Assembly: GCA_039589315.1 (NCBI GenBank)
Contig: JBDHHQ010000021.1
Location: forward strand, 1 to 64,000
Direction: 5' to 3'
From: Gemmatimonadota bacterium
GTDB taxonomy: Bacteria; Gemmatimonadota; Gemmatimonadetes; Longimicrobiales; Gaopeijiaceae
DNA length: 64,000 bases
Shown here piece by piece: positions 8,599 to 17,722 of the stretch. The notes below the pieces were generated by a model. That model searched no databases. It worked only from the letters and a program-made list of their open reading frames with translations, and was not told where the DNA came from. Each line of letters opens with the position of its first letter. Positions within the stretch are counted from its first letter, which is position 1. The position numbers and the translations under genes are program-made.

Positions 8599-9963
8599 GT
8601 GACGAGGCCCCGGAGCGGACGGGAGGTCAGGACCGCGGTGTCGGTGTCCCTCGCCGTCGGCCTGCTCCTGCTGGCCCCCTCCAGCCCCGAGGCTCACGAG
8701 ATCCCCGCCGACGTCACCGTCCAGGCGTTTCTGAAGGCCACGGATCAGCGCATGCGCATGATCGTGCGGGTGCCGCTGGAGGCCATGCGGGACTTCGCCT
8801 GGCCGGTCACCGGGCCCGGGTACCTCGACCTCGAGCGGGTGGAGCCCATGCTCAGGGACGCTGCCCGGCTGTGGATCTCCGACTACGTCCAGCTCTCCGA
8901 GGAAGGGCGTGTCCTACCTGACGAGGAGATCGTGGCGGTGCGGGTCTCGCTTCCGTCCGACCCGTCGTTTTCGACCTTCGAGACGGCCCTTGCTCACGTC
9001 ACGGGCTCACCGCTGGCGTCCTCGACGCTTCTCCCCTGGGAGCAGGCCGTCCTGGACGTTCTCCTGGAGGTTTCCATCACCTCCGAGACCTCGCGGTTCT
9101 CCATCGATCCGGAGTGGGCACATCTGGGGCTCCGGACGCTCACCGTGCTCCGGTTCGTGACTCCGACCGGAGCCGAGCGGGCGTTCCAGTACACGGGCAA
9201 CCCGGGGCTGGTGCGGTTGGACCCCCGCTGGCACCAGGCGGCCCTCCGGTTCACGCGGCTCGGGTTCCACCACATCCTGGAGGGAGTCGACCACCTCCTG
9301 TTCATCCTCTGCCTGGTCATCCCCTTCCGGCGCATAGGCCCCCTGATCCCCATTGTGACGTCGTTCACGGTGGCCCACTCCATCACGCTGATCTCTTCGG
9401 CGCTGGGTCTGACCCCGAGCGCGCTCTGGTTTCCCCCGTTGATCGAGACCCTGATCGCCCTGTCCATCGTGTACATGGCTGTGGAGAACATCTTCGGGGC
9501 GAGCGCGGAGCGCCGCTGGCTCCTGGCCTTCGCGTTCGGCCTGGTGCACGGGTTCGGGTTCTCGTTCCTGCTACGGGAATCCCTGCAGTTCGCCGGTGGG
9601 CACCTGTTGTCGTCACTCCTCTTCTTCAATGTGGGCGTCGAATTGGGTCAGCTCTTCGTGCTCGTGTTGATGGTTCCGTTGCTGAACTGGCTGTTCCGGC
9701 GTGTGAGCGAGCGGATGGGCACGATCGTTCTGTCCGCTCTGGTGGCGCACGAAGCGTGGCACTGGATGACCGATCGTGGCAGCCGGCTCCTGCAGTACGA
9801 CTTCCAGCGGCCGATTCTGGGCTTGTCGTTTCTTGCCAGCATCATGCGTTGGCTCATGCTGGGATTGATCCTGGTCGTGGCGGTATGGGGACTTTCGGGC
9901 GTGTACCGGTGGCTCGGCCGTAGGCTCGGGCAGGACGACGCCATCGCGGAGGCTGGGGGCTGA
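8599..9963 (+). CDS. HupE/UreJ-family membrane protein with periplasmic N-terminal domain
   Basis: Signal peptide then A-HEIP; LGFHHILEGVDHLLF, FTVAHSITL, FGLVHGFGF, FNVGVELGQ. Start estimated at GTG 8599. Confidence 0.88.
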   Translation: MTRPRSGREVRTAVSVSLAVGLLLLAPSSPEAHEIPADVTVQAFLKATDQRMRMIVRVPLEAMRDFAWPVTGPGYLDLERVEPMLRDAARLWISDYVQLSEEGRVLPDEEIVAVRVSLPSDPSFSTFETALAHVTGSPLASSTLLPWEQAVLDVLLEVSITSETSRFSIDPEWAHLGLRTLTVLRFVTPTGAERAFQYTGNPGLVRLDPRWHQAALRFTRLGFHHILEGVDHLLFILCLVIPFRRIGPLIPIVTSFTVAHSITLISSALGLTPSALWFPPLIETLIALSIVYMAVENIFGASAERRWLLAFAFGLVHGFGFSFLLRESLQFAGGHLLSSLLFFNVGVELGQLFVLVLMVPLLNWLFRRVSERMGTIVLSALVAHEAWHWMTDRGSRLLQYDFQRPILGLSFLASIMRWLMLGLILVVAVWGLSGVYRWLGRRLGQDDAIAEAGG

Positions 9964-10105
9964 GGGCAGGGCCGGTCCGGTGCGGCGCCCGCACGTGAGG
10001 GTCGCCACGCACCCGCGGCCCACCCGTAGGACGAGTACGGTGAGGCGCACTGGGTCCGCGACCGCCCCCACGGGCCTCCGGCCTGCCCTTCCGCCGCGAC
10101 AGGCC

Positions 10106-10144
10106 AAGAAGAGGCCCACCGGGTGGTGTCCCCCGGTGGGCCTC
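10106..10144 (-). terminator. Rho-independent terminator
   Basis: 13-bp perfect stem GAGGCCCACCGGG (10111-10123) / CCCGGTGGGCCTC (10132-10144) followed by TTCTT on the minus strand, downstream of the 10188 stop. Confidence 0.75.
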
Positions 10145-10187
10145 CGCGCACGAGCGCACTGTCGTGCCCCGGTGGATGGGTCCCTGG

Positions 10188-10850
10188 CTAGCGCCCCGTG
10201 CCCACCGCGAAGCAGTAGAAGAGGCCATCGCCCCCGGTCCCCTGCAGGTCCGCTTGACCGCAGCCCCGAGATCCGTGTGCCGAGTTCCAGGACGTGGGAT
10301 TCTGGCCGCCGCCCTGCCGGTCGTGGTGGCCCACGCGGGCGCTGCCGTCCCCGGCGTCGCTCGCCCAATTGGAGCAGGTCGCGTCCCCGCCGTCCTCGGC
10401 CACGAAGAGGTGGCCGTCCAACGTCGACCCCGTGATGATGTCGTGTCGGTTGGGATCGTCGCCCCGGCCGTTCACCATGTCGCCCTGCTCCGTCAGGATG
10501 GTTTCCTTGGTCAGGTTGGCGTCGTCGCTGTGCAGGTCGTCCACGTCCTCCGCCACCAGGACGCCCGCGTGGTTGTGCCAGGGCCCTTCACCGATGCGGT
10601 CCCGGGCGTTCACGGCCTCCTGGCCGTCCATGGCGGCCGCGCTCAGGTAGGCGTGCCAGGTGAGGTCTCCGGCCCCCACCGCCTCGGCCAGCGCCTGGCA
10701 GTGAGCGTCCGCCCCTTCCAGGCCGCCCAAGCTGGCGCCGTCGCCTGGGCCGGCGCTCGTGATGAAGAAGCTCATGTTGTCGTTCTGGGCCTGCGCCGGC
10801 TGTGTCCCGGCCAGAGCGAGCAGGGCCAGGACGGGGATGGCTTTGGTCAT
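10188..10850 (-). CDS. Secreted endostatin/C-type lectin-like protein
   Basis: Signal peptide MTKAIPVLALLALAG; GLEGADAHCQALA, WHAYLS, ARDRIGEGPW, TCSNW, SRGC, LFYCFA (four Cys). Confidence 0.8.
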   Translation of the reverse strand: MTKAIPVLALLALAGTQPAQAQNDNMSFFITSAGPGDGASLGGLEGADAHCQALAEAVGAGDLTWHAYLSAAAMDGQEAVNARDRIGEGPWHNHAGVLVAEDVDDLHSDDANLTKETILTEQGDMVNGRGDDPNRHDIITGSTLDGHLFVAEDGGDATCSNWASDAGDGSARVGHHDRQGGGQNPTSWNSAHGSRGCGQADLQGTGGDGLFYCFAVGTGR

Positions 10851-10991
10851 CGTCGGTACTCCTGTGTGCGGGTTGCTGATCGACGCGACGCTACCGCTGG
10901 GGTCGCGGGCCGTCCGCGGCAGCAGCCGCTGACGGCGTGGGCGAGCGGACTCCGAGGAGCCGAGCGGGTCGCCCACGGAGCTCTGGGGCGG

Positions 10992-12038
10992 TTATCGTCG
11001 CACGTATTTCTTGACCGTCCGGGGCCCAACCTCAGCCCCGTAGATGTTGCCCATCCCGTCCACGGCCACGCCCTCGGCGGCGCTGGTGCCGGCGTTGTCC
11101 GGGTCGGGCTCTGGGTCGGGGATGAACGCGGTGACCCACCCATCCCTGGCGCTCCCGATGTAGATGCCCCGCTTCCAACCCGGGTTCCGTCCCGTGTTGG
11201 ACTCGGAGTCGGCGGCGTACAGCACGTCGTCGTCATCGATGAAGAGACCACTCGGCCGGCCGAACTGCGTCCACGTGGCCAGGTGATTCCCGTCCTGGTC
11301 GAAGATCTGGATGCGGCTGTTGCCACGGTCGCCGACGAACAGCCGGCCCTGACTGTCCATGGCAAGAGCGTGGGGGTCCCGGAACTCGCCGTTCTCCGAT
11401 CCGGTCGTCCCCCAGGCTTTGATGAAGGTCCCGTCGCTGGCGAGCTTCACGATCCGGTTGTTGCCACCGGCGTCGTGGCCATCTGCCACGAAGATGTCTC
11501 CATTCGGAGCCACGAGGAGATCGGACGGCTTCGTGAACGTGTCCGGACCGTCGCCGGCCACGCCCTTCTGCCCCAGGGTCATCAACAGCTCACCCTCGGG
11601 GCTGAACCTGTAGATTATGTGCCCCCATCCCTCCGGCACCGGCGCGTAGCCCACCGCGTCCGCGATCCAGACGTCGCCCGCAGGATCCACGAAGATGCCG
11701 TGAGGCCACGCGATCAGACCCGCGCCGAAGCTCCGGATCAGCTTGCCGTCCAGGTCGAAGAGCATGACCGGATCCACGTCGCTATCGACGCAAAGGTTCG
11801 TTCCGCAGCGCTCGGCCACCCACATACCCATGCCGTCGGGAGTCGGATAGACCGCGCTGGAGGCGCCGTACGTGCGGCCGTCCGGTAGCTCGCCCCACGC
11901 CTCGGAGGCGACCCGATAGGGATTCTCCAGCGTGTGCGGGGCTTGCGCGTCAGCGTCAGCCGCGGTCGCGACGAGGGCGGGTCCGGGGACAAGGGCGGCA
12001 CAAACGAGAGGCAGCGATACGAGTCGGGAGCGGGTCAT
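10992..12038 (-). CDS. Secreted NHL-repeat (PAL-like) beta-propeller protein
   Basis: Signal peptide; WPHGIFVD, FTKPSDLLVAPNGDIFVADGH, DPHALAMDSQGRLFVGDRGNSRIQIF. Confidence 0.85.
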   Translation of the reverse strand: MTRSRLVSLPLVCAALVPGPALVATAADADAQAPHTLENPYRVASEAWGELPDGRTYGASSAVYPTPDGMGMWVAERCGTNLCVDSDVDPVMLFDLDGKLIRSFGAGLIAWPHGIFVDPAGDVWIADAVGYAPVPEGWGHIIYRFSPEGELLMTLGQKGVAGDGPDTFTKPSDLLVAPNGDIFVADGHDAGGNNRIVKLASDGTFIKAWGTTGSENGEFRDPHALAMDSQGRLFVGDRGNSRIQIFDQDGNHLATWTQFGRPSGLFIDDDDVLYAADSESNTGRNPGWKRGIYIGSARDGWVTAFIPDPEPDPDNAGTSAAEGVAVDGMGNIYGAEVGPRTVKKYVRR

Positions 12039-12064
12039 GGGAATCCCCCGAGGATGGAAGTCGA

Positions 12065-12592
12065 CTATGCGCGGTGAGCCATGAGCTGCCAGACCCGATT
12101 CACGCTCTCCGAGATCTCGTGCATGGCGGCCATGGCCACCGCGTCCAGCTGACGCCCGATCTTGGGTCCGACCAGACGGCGGATGAAGGCGAGCGGGTAT
12201 TCGAGGTCCCAGTCCAGCAGCGGCTCCGGGCCCTGCTGCAGGTTGTCCAGGACCTTGAGAACCAGATAGGCGTCGTCGAGCAGACCGGCCAAGCCCATGG
12301 TCATTTCGGGCATGAGGTCCATCGGCGCGAGGAAATAGCGCTCGGCGTGGTCGAGCACTGGCTTGACCACGACCGTGAGATCTCGGAGCTGCGCCTCGTG
12401 GGCTGCTGCGGCAAGCATCAGTGGCACCGTATCGATGATCTCAATGGCGGTCTCGGCGGCCTCCTCGACCTCGTCCGGTGTGGCCTCGGGGAGGCCTTCC
12501 CGGATGAACTTCACCAGCGGCTCGCGACCGCGGGCCTTGGCGCTTTCGATGACCGCCTGGATGGAGGCCAGGTCCACAGAGCTCTCCGTCAT
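12065..12592 (-). CDS. YkvA/DUF1232-like protein
   Basis: YFLAPMDLMPE...GLAGLLDDAY signature. Confidence 0.7.
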   Translation of the reverse strand: MTESSVDLASIQAVIESAKARGREPLVKFIREGLPEATPDEVEEAAETAIEIIDTVPLMLAAAAHEAQLRDLTVVVKPVLDHAERYFLAPMDLMPEMTMGLAGLLDDAYLVLKVLDNLQQGPEPLLDWDLEYPLAFIRRLVGPKIGRQLDAVAMAAMHEISESVNRVWQLMAHRA

Positions 12593-12715
12593 TTCGAAGG
12601 CTGGCGCGTATCGGGGCCGCGTCCTGGACCGTGTAGGGCACCGCCGCGTCAGCGGTTCATTCAGCAAACCAGGACGGCCAACCTAGTAAGTGTGCCCGCT
12701 TCGGGCGAGTGCCAG

Positions 12716-13978
12716 TCAGAGCAGGAGCGCCAACCCCAACGTGGCGAGAAGCACGAGGACAGCGCCCGGCAGGATGGCTTTGCGGTAGGGCGGGGATCCC
12801 CCGGTGAGGGCCATGCCCCCCTTGACCAGCGTGTTGGAGACGATCGCCAAAACGACGGCCAGAGCGCCCACTCCCAGGTCGAGGCCCTCGTTCGCTGTGA
12901 GCTCGGCCATGGTCAGCGTGATGGCGTCCACATCGGCCAGGCCGGACACCAGGCTGGACACGTAGATCCCGGCATCGCCGAAGTGGATCTGCGCGGTGCG
13001 GGTAATCAGAAGCACCAACCCGTAGACAATCCCGAAGCCGATGGCCGGACGCAGCTCGAAGGGGTTGGTCACGCTGAGCTCACCGACGTCGGCCGCCACC
13101 CGGTAGTAGAGGTAGACGGCGACCACGACGGCGACGAGGCCGCCCCCCACCACCGGCGCCCAGAGCGACCCGAGCAGCCCCGGGTTCACCACCGCGACCT
13201 CCACCAGGACCCGGACGAACATGACGGACCAGGAGAGGATGGTGGCCATGGCATACGCTCGGGCGAGCTCGCTGTTGAGCCGGCTGCGGGCGGCCATACT
13301 CAGGGTCACGGCCGTGCTCGACGCCAGGCCACCGAGGAGTCCCGTGAGCGCGATGCCTCGGTGCGCCCCCACCACCTTGATGAGCACGTATCCCAGGAAG
13401 CTGATGCCGGAGATCAGGACCACCATGAGCCAGATCTTGTAGGGATTCAGCACGTCGAAGGGTGGTGGACCGAAGGACCGGTTGGGCAGCACCGGGAGGA
13501 TCACGGCCGTGATGACCGCGAACTTGAGCGTGGCCAGGACGTCTTCGCGCGTCAGTCGCTCGGCGAAGCGGTGGAGCTCGAGCTTCAGCGATAGCAGCAC
13601 CACGACGACGACGGCGACGGCCACCGCAAGGCCGTTCTGGTCCCAGTACGCGAGAGCTCCCGCCATGGCGGCGATGATCGCCGCGATCTCGGTGGTGAGG
13701 CCGATGCGGCCCCGCGCGGCCGTCTGGAGGTAGCTCGCGGCGATGAGTCCTCCCACGAGCAGCAAGAATGCCGCGAACACCAGGGCCGAGCCGAGCAGAT
13801 CGGACAGCAGCGCCGCCGTGCAGCCAGCCAGGGATATGAGCGCGAACGTGCGCACCCCCGCGAACGACTCGCCCGGAGGCCGCTCTTCCAGGTCGTAAGT
13901 GTGCTCGCGCTGGAGGCCGATCAGGACCCCGATGAAGAGCGCGACGCCGAAGCGGTAGAAGAGGTCGAGTCCGTCCAT
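12716..13978 (-). CDS. MgtC/SapB-family membrane protein with DUF4010 domain
   Basis: IGLQRE...AGVRTF, GLTTE, LNPYKIWLMVVLISGISF, GGLASSTAVT, GLADVDAI. Confidence 0.9.
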   Translation of the reverse strand: MDGLDLFYRFGVALFIGVLIGLQREHTYDLEERPPGESFAGVRTFALISLAGCTAALLSDLLGSALVFAAFLLLVGGLIAASYLQTAARGRIGLTTEIAAIIAAMAGALAYWDQNGLAVAVAVVVVVLLSLKLELHRFAERLTREDVLATLKFAVITAVILPVLPNRSFGPPPFDVLNPYKIWLMVVLISGISFLGYVLIKVVGAHRGIALTGLLGGLASSTAVTLSMAARSRLNSELARAYAMATILSWSVMFVRVLVEVAVVNPGLLGSLWAPVVGGGLVAVVVAVYLYYRVAADVGELSVTNPFELRPAIGFGIVYGLVLLITRTAQIHFGDAGIYVSSLVSGLADVDAITLTMAELTANEGLDLGVGALAVVLAIVSNTLVKGGMALTGGSPPYRKAILPGAVLVLLATLGLALLL

Positions 13979-14152
13979 CGAACCTGTTTGGCGGTCCACG
14001 GGTCCCCCGGCTGGGGGGCGGTAGCCCACGTCGTTAACCTATCGAGTCATTCGCGCCGCGCACGTGCAGCCAGGATCGGGACGATCCGCGAGCGAGGTAT
14101 CAGGAGCACGAGGTGTCCCGATGGCGACTGACCGGCTCCGGAGGGAGCGGGG

Positions 14153-14443
14153 TCAGGGATCAGCCTCTGACTGGTCGTGCCCCGGAGGCTTCTCCAGCAG
14201 CTCCGGCTCAAACTGCTCCGTACCCTCGATGGCCCGGAGGCGGTTCGACAGGGCATCGACCTGGATCCTGAGGACGTCGAGCTCGTCGAGCATCCGTGAC
14301 TCGAGGTCCTCCTGGTCCTTGTAGCTCAACCGGTCGCGGATCCGGGAGAAGAGATACATGGAGCCGCCAATCATCGAGCCCAGGAACAGGAATGTGAAAA
14401 AGAGGCCGAAGACCAGCGAGAAGAAGAACGGTATGAGCTCCAT
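14153..14443 (-). CDS. Small membrane protein with coiled-coil C-terminus
   Basis: AGGAG RBS; hydrophobic N-terminus; heptad-like LDELDVLRIQVDALSNRLRAIE. Confidence 0.7.
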   Translation of the reverse strand: MELIPFFFSLVFGLFFTFLFLGSMIGGSMYLFSRIRDRLSYKDQEDLESRMLDELDVLRIQVDALSNRLRAIEGTEQFEPELLEKPPGHDQSEADP

Positions 14444-14461
14444 GGCTCGCTCTCCTGGGCG

Positions 14462-15547
14462 TTACGGCGCGTAGTGCGCCGTTCCTTCGAACAGCTCGAG
14501 GCCCGCGGGGGTGTGAACCGACATCCAGGGCGTCTCGGCCGTAGCCATCATCGCGCACCCGTACTCCCCATCCTTGTTGATGGCCACGAACTTCTCCGAC
14601 GGGACGAAGTTCGAGCTCACCTGTCGGTACTTGTCCACGATCATTTCGATGGCGTCTTCGCAGGCTTCCTGCGGAGACCGTCCGTCGCGCATGCGCATGA
14701 CGATGAAGTACGACGCGCACGACTTGATCACGTCCTCGCCACGGCCGGTTGCGCCGGCTGCTCCCACCGCATTGTCCACGTAGAGGCCCGCGCCGATGAT
14801 GGGTGAGTCGCCGATCCGCCCCGGGATCTTCCAGCTGAGCCCGCTCGTGGTCGTGATGCCCGCCACGTCGCCGTCGGCGTCCACGGCCAACACGTTGGTC
14901 GTGCCGTAGTGGTGGGGGACGGGGCCCTCCAGCAAGGCGCCCATTTCCTCGCCGGCCATCGTCCGGAGGTGGTCCGGCGGACCCCAGTCGTCCGTGGGAC
15001 CGCGCCGCTCCCGCCAGCGAAGCCAGATCTCCCGGGCCTCGTCGGTGAGCAGGTTCTCCTCTTCGAAGCCGAAGGACCTGGCGAACTCGAGCGCGCCCGG
15101 GCCCACCAGCATGACGTGATCGGTGCGCTCCATCACCAAGCGGGCGACCGACGACGGCGTCTTGATGTTCTCGAGTGAGGCCACCGAGCCGGCGTTGTAG
15201 GTACGGCCGTCCATGATCGAGGCGTCGAGCTGGACGATCCCATGCTCGTTGGGAAGCCCGGCATAGCCCACGCTGTGATCGTTGGGGTCCACCTCGATCA
15301 CGTTGGCGCCTCGCTCCACCGCGTCGAGGGCCGAACCGCCCGCGGAGAGGATCTCCCAAGATTCCCGGAGAGCGTTTTGCCCGGTCTCGTTGTCGTGGCT
15401 CGTGATGATCATGGGCGGGCCCGCCGATTGACGGGGGACCGCCAGCAGGCGGTCCGGCATCCGACCCAAAGCGAGCGCCCCCATTCCCGCGCCGAGGCTG
15501 GAGTGGACGAAGCTGCGGCGTGACAGCTGCTTGTGACTCTCGGACAT
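14462..15547 (-). CDS. Tat-exported N(4)-(beta-N-acetylglucosaminyl)-L-asparaginase / type 2 asparaginase (Ntn hydrolase)
   Basis: SRRSFV Tat motif; ALDAVE, SVGYAGLPN, LDASIMDG, YG-TTNVL nucleophile Thr, TSGL..KIPGRIGDSPIIGAG, ATGRGE. Confidence 0.9.
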   Translation of the reverse strand: MSESHKQLSRRSFVHSSLGAGMGALALGRMPDRLLAVPRQSAGPPMIITSHDNETGQNALRESWEILSAGGSALDAVERGANVIEVDPNDHSVGYAGLPNEHGIVQLDASIMDGRTYNAGSVASLENIKTPSSVARLVMERTDHVMLVGPGALEFARSFGFEEENLLTDEAREIWLRWRERRGPTDDWGPPDHLRTMAGEEMGALLEGPVPHHYGTTNVLAVDADGDVAGITTTSGLSWKIPGRIGDSPIIGAGLYVDNAVGAAGATGRGEDVIKSCASYFIVMRMRDGRSPQEACEDAIEMIVDKYRQVSSNFVPSEKFVAINKDGEYGCAMMATAETPWMSVHTPAGLELFEGTAHYAP

Positions 15548-15687
15548 GGTCCTCGTCTCCGGCGGCTTCAGGGCTCTCGCGCAACACACTAGGCCTTTCG
15601 GCCCCTCATGCTACGGCCGGAGGGAGAGAACGGTCAAAGAGGCGTCAGCAGGTGGCCGGGAGCTCCCGGCGGGTCGGTCTGGAGAGC

Positions 15688-15728
15688 TCCCGCCCCATCC
15701 GCAGGACATGCCTGCCGATGGGGCGGGA
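15688..15728. terminator. Long GC-rich hairpin downstream of the DUF4097-like gene
   Basis: TCCCGCCCCATC (15688-15699) / GATGGGGCGGGA (15717-15728) plus inner GCAGG/CCTGC; no U-tract. Confidence 0.5.
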
Positions 15729-15734
15729 CCCGGC

Positions 15735-16535
15735 TCAGCGCCCCGTGACGGTTATGGAGCCGTTGGTGAGGCCGATGTTGATGGTGCCGTCGCCGGCACC
15801 GAAGACGCCCCGGATCGAGGTCTCCCTGATCTGCTGGTCGTGCAACGTCAGATTCGTGATTGTCGCGCCCCCGTTGACCCACGTAGCCTCGAACTCGGCG
15901 GAGACGTGCTGTGGAACCGTGAGGGACACGTTGCCGTTGACCGTGGCGAGCGCCACGTCTCCGCTGGGCGGGAGGCTCACGTCGGCCACGACGTTGCCGT
16001 TGACCAGACCCACGGACAGGTCCCCGAACACTCCCGACGCCGTGACGTTGCCGTTCACGTTGCCGATGGCTACGTCGTTGGAGATCCCGGACGCGACCAC
16101 GTTGCCGTTCACGTTGGCGATGGACTGGATCATGAAGTCCGGGACCCTCACCTCGTAGGTGACCGTGTAGCTCCGACCCCGGCTGTTGTCGGGTTGGACC
16201 GTGCGCACCACGAACTCGCTGCTCCGCTCGTCCACCTCGACCCTGAGGTTGACCAGATTGGCCTGGGCGTCGGCAGTGCTGTTGGATCCGACCTGACGGA
16301 CTCCGGACACGTCGACGGCGGTGGCGTCCGGATCCCCGGTCACCGTCATGTTGCCGTTGATGCCCTCGAGCCGGAACTGGGTCTGGGTGGTGACGTCCAG
16401 CGTGAACGCGAAAGATTCGGATGCGACGAAGTCGGTGTTGTCGACGTCGCCGATGCTGCTGACGATGTCCGTGCACCCCGCCGCCAGCACTGACAGCACC
16501 CCGATGATCGTGGCGCTTCGTACCTGGTACCACAT
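15735..16535 (-). CDS. DUF4097-like beta-strand-repeat (adhesin-like) lipoprotein
   Basis: GGAGGAG RBS; lipobox LAAG-C; repeated VNGNV / TNGSI units. Confidence 0.85.
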   Translation of the reverse strand: MWYQVRSATIIGVLSVLAAGCTDIVSSIGDVDNTDFVASESFAFTLDVTTQTQFRLEGINGNMTVTGDPDATAVDVSGVRQVGSNSTADAQANLVNLRVEVDERSSEFVVRTVQPDNSRGRSYTVTYEVRVPDFMIQSIANVNGNVVASGISNDVAIGNVNGNVTASGVFGDLSVGLVNGNVVADVSLPPSGDVALATVNGNVSLTVPQHVSAEFEATWVNGGATITNLTLHDQQIRETSIRGVFGAGDGTINIGLTNGSITVTGR

Positions 16536-16705
16536 GGCTCTCTCCTCCCCACGGGTTCGCAGCCGGACCGGCCTGGCCAGTTGGCGGCGTCCCACCGTCC
16601 GCGTCGTCCTCCACTCGCGAAAACGAGTTGTCGCGATACCTTCTGACACCCAGCGTGCGAGCCGGCGCAGCGCTCGCCCTTTACGACACGGAACAGGAGC
16701 CAGTC

Positions 16706-17644
16706 ATGCCGATTCCGCATACACCAGTGCGCCGCCGGGGAGCCCTCCCGATCGCCGCCGCCTGGCTTCTCTTCGTTGGTTGTGGGGCTGGTGAGGAAAC
16801 CGGCGAAAGTGGCCCGGCAGACGACGCGGCGAGGTCCGCCGCGATCCGAGTGACCGGATTCTCCACACCCGAGTCCGTTCGGCACGATCCTGCGGCCGAC
16901 GTCTATCTGGTTTCCAATATCAACGGCAATCCCCTGGACAAGGACGGGAACGGCTTCATCTCTCGGGTGACCCCGGACGGGGAGATCGCAGAGCTCAAGT
17001 GGATCGATGGTGAGACCGATGGTGTGACCCTCAACGCGCCCAAGGGGATGGCCCTTGTCGACGGCGTGCTCTACGTGTCCGACATCGATTGCGTCCGGGC
17101 CTTCGACCAGGAGATGGGCGCGCCCCGGGGTGAGATCTGCGTGGAAGGCGCCACCTTCCTCAACGACATCGCCGTGGGTCCCAACGGCGAGCTGTTCGTG
17201 TCCGACTCGGGCCTGCGGGCGGGGGCCGACGGGTTCGAGTCCTCCGGCTCGGCGGCGATCCACCGCATGAGCCCCGACGGGCGTCAGGCGCCCATCATCG
17301 TGGGCGACCAGCTGGGCGTGCCGAATGGCTTGGCCGTGGGGCCCCGGGGGCTGTTCATGGTGTCGTTCGGCTCCGGCCAGATCTTCCAGGTGGGCGTGGA
17401 CGGCAGCCTCACGCCGGTGACGGGAGAATCCGAGCGGCAGCTCGATGGTATCGAGTTCCTGCCCGACGGCGGGTTCCTGTTCTCGAGCTGGGGCGACCAG
17501 GCCGTGTTCATGGTGGGCGCGGACGGCAGCCAGACACAGGTGGCCAGCGGAGAGGCGCCTGCCGACATCGGCTACGATGCGGGTCGCAACCGGGTGCTGA
17601 TCCCCCTGTTCGCCGGGGACGAGGTGCTGCTCGTCGACCTGTAG
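16706..17644 (+). CDS. SMP-30/gluconolactonase-like beta-propeller lipoprotein
   Basis: AGGAG RBS; lipobox FVG-C; GFSTPESV, VSNING...DGNGFISR, LNAPKGM, FLNDI, PNGL, LDGI, PADIGYD. Confidence 0.82.
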   Translation: MPIPHTPVRRRGALPIAAAWLLFVGCGAGEETGESGPADDAARSAAIRVTGFSTPESVRHDPAADVYLVSNINGNPLDKDGNGFISRVTPDGEIAELKWIDGETDGVTLNAPKGMALVDGVLYVSDIDCVRAFDQEMGAPRGEICVEGATFLNDIAVGPNGELFVSDSGLRAGADGFESSGSAAIHRMSPDGRQAPIIVGDQLGVPNGLAVGPRGLFMVSFGSGQIFQVGVDGSLTPVTGESERQLDGIEFLPDGGFLFSSWGDQAVFMVGADGSQTQVASGEAPADIGYDAGRNRVLIPLFAGDEVLLVDL

Positions 17645-17722
17645 AGGCTCCGATCGTCGGCTCCCGAGGCCTTGACCGTCGACCCCCGAGGCCTCGATCG
17701 TCGACTGCTGGTAGATTCTCGT

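Noticed and set aside
12660..12690. Additional sigma54-like motifs (here, near 31400 and near 56990)
   Set aside because: GG to GC spacing is off by 1-2 nt.
15900..16120. Recurrent ACGTTGCCGTT repeats as a CRISPR or DNA repeat array
   Set aside because: They encode the VNGNV protein repeats of the DUF4097-like lipoprotein; no spacer structure or cas genes.
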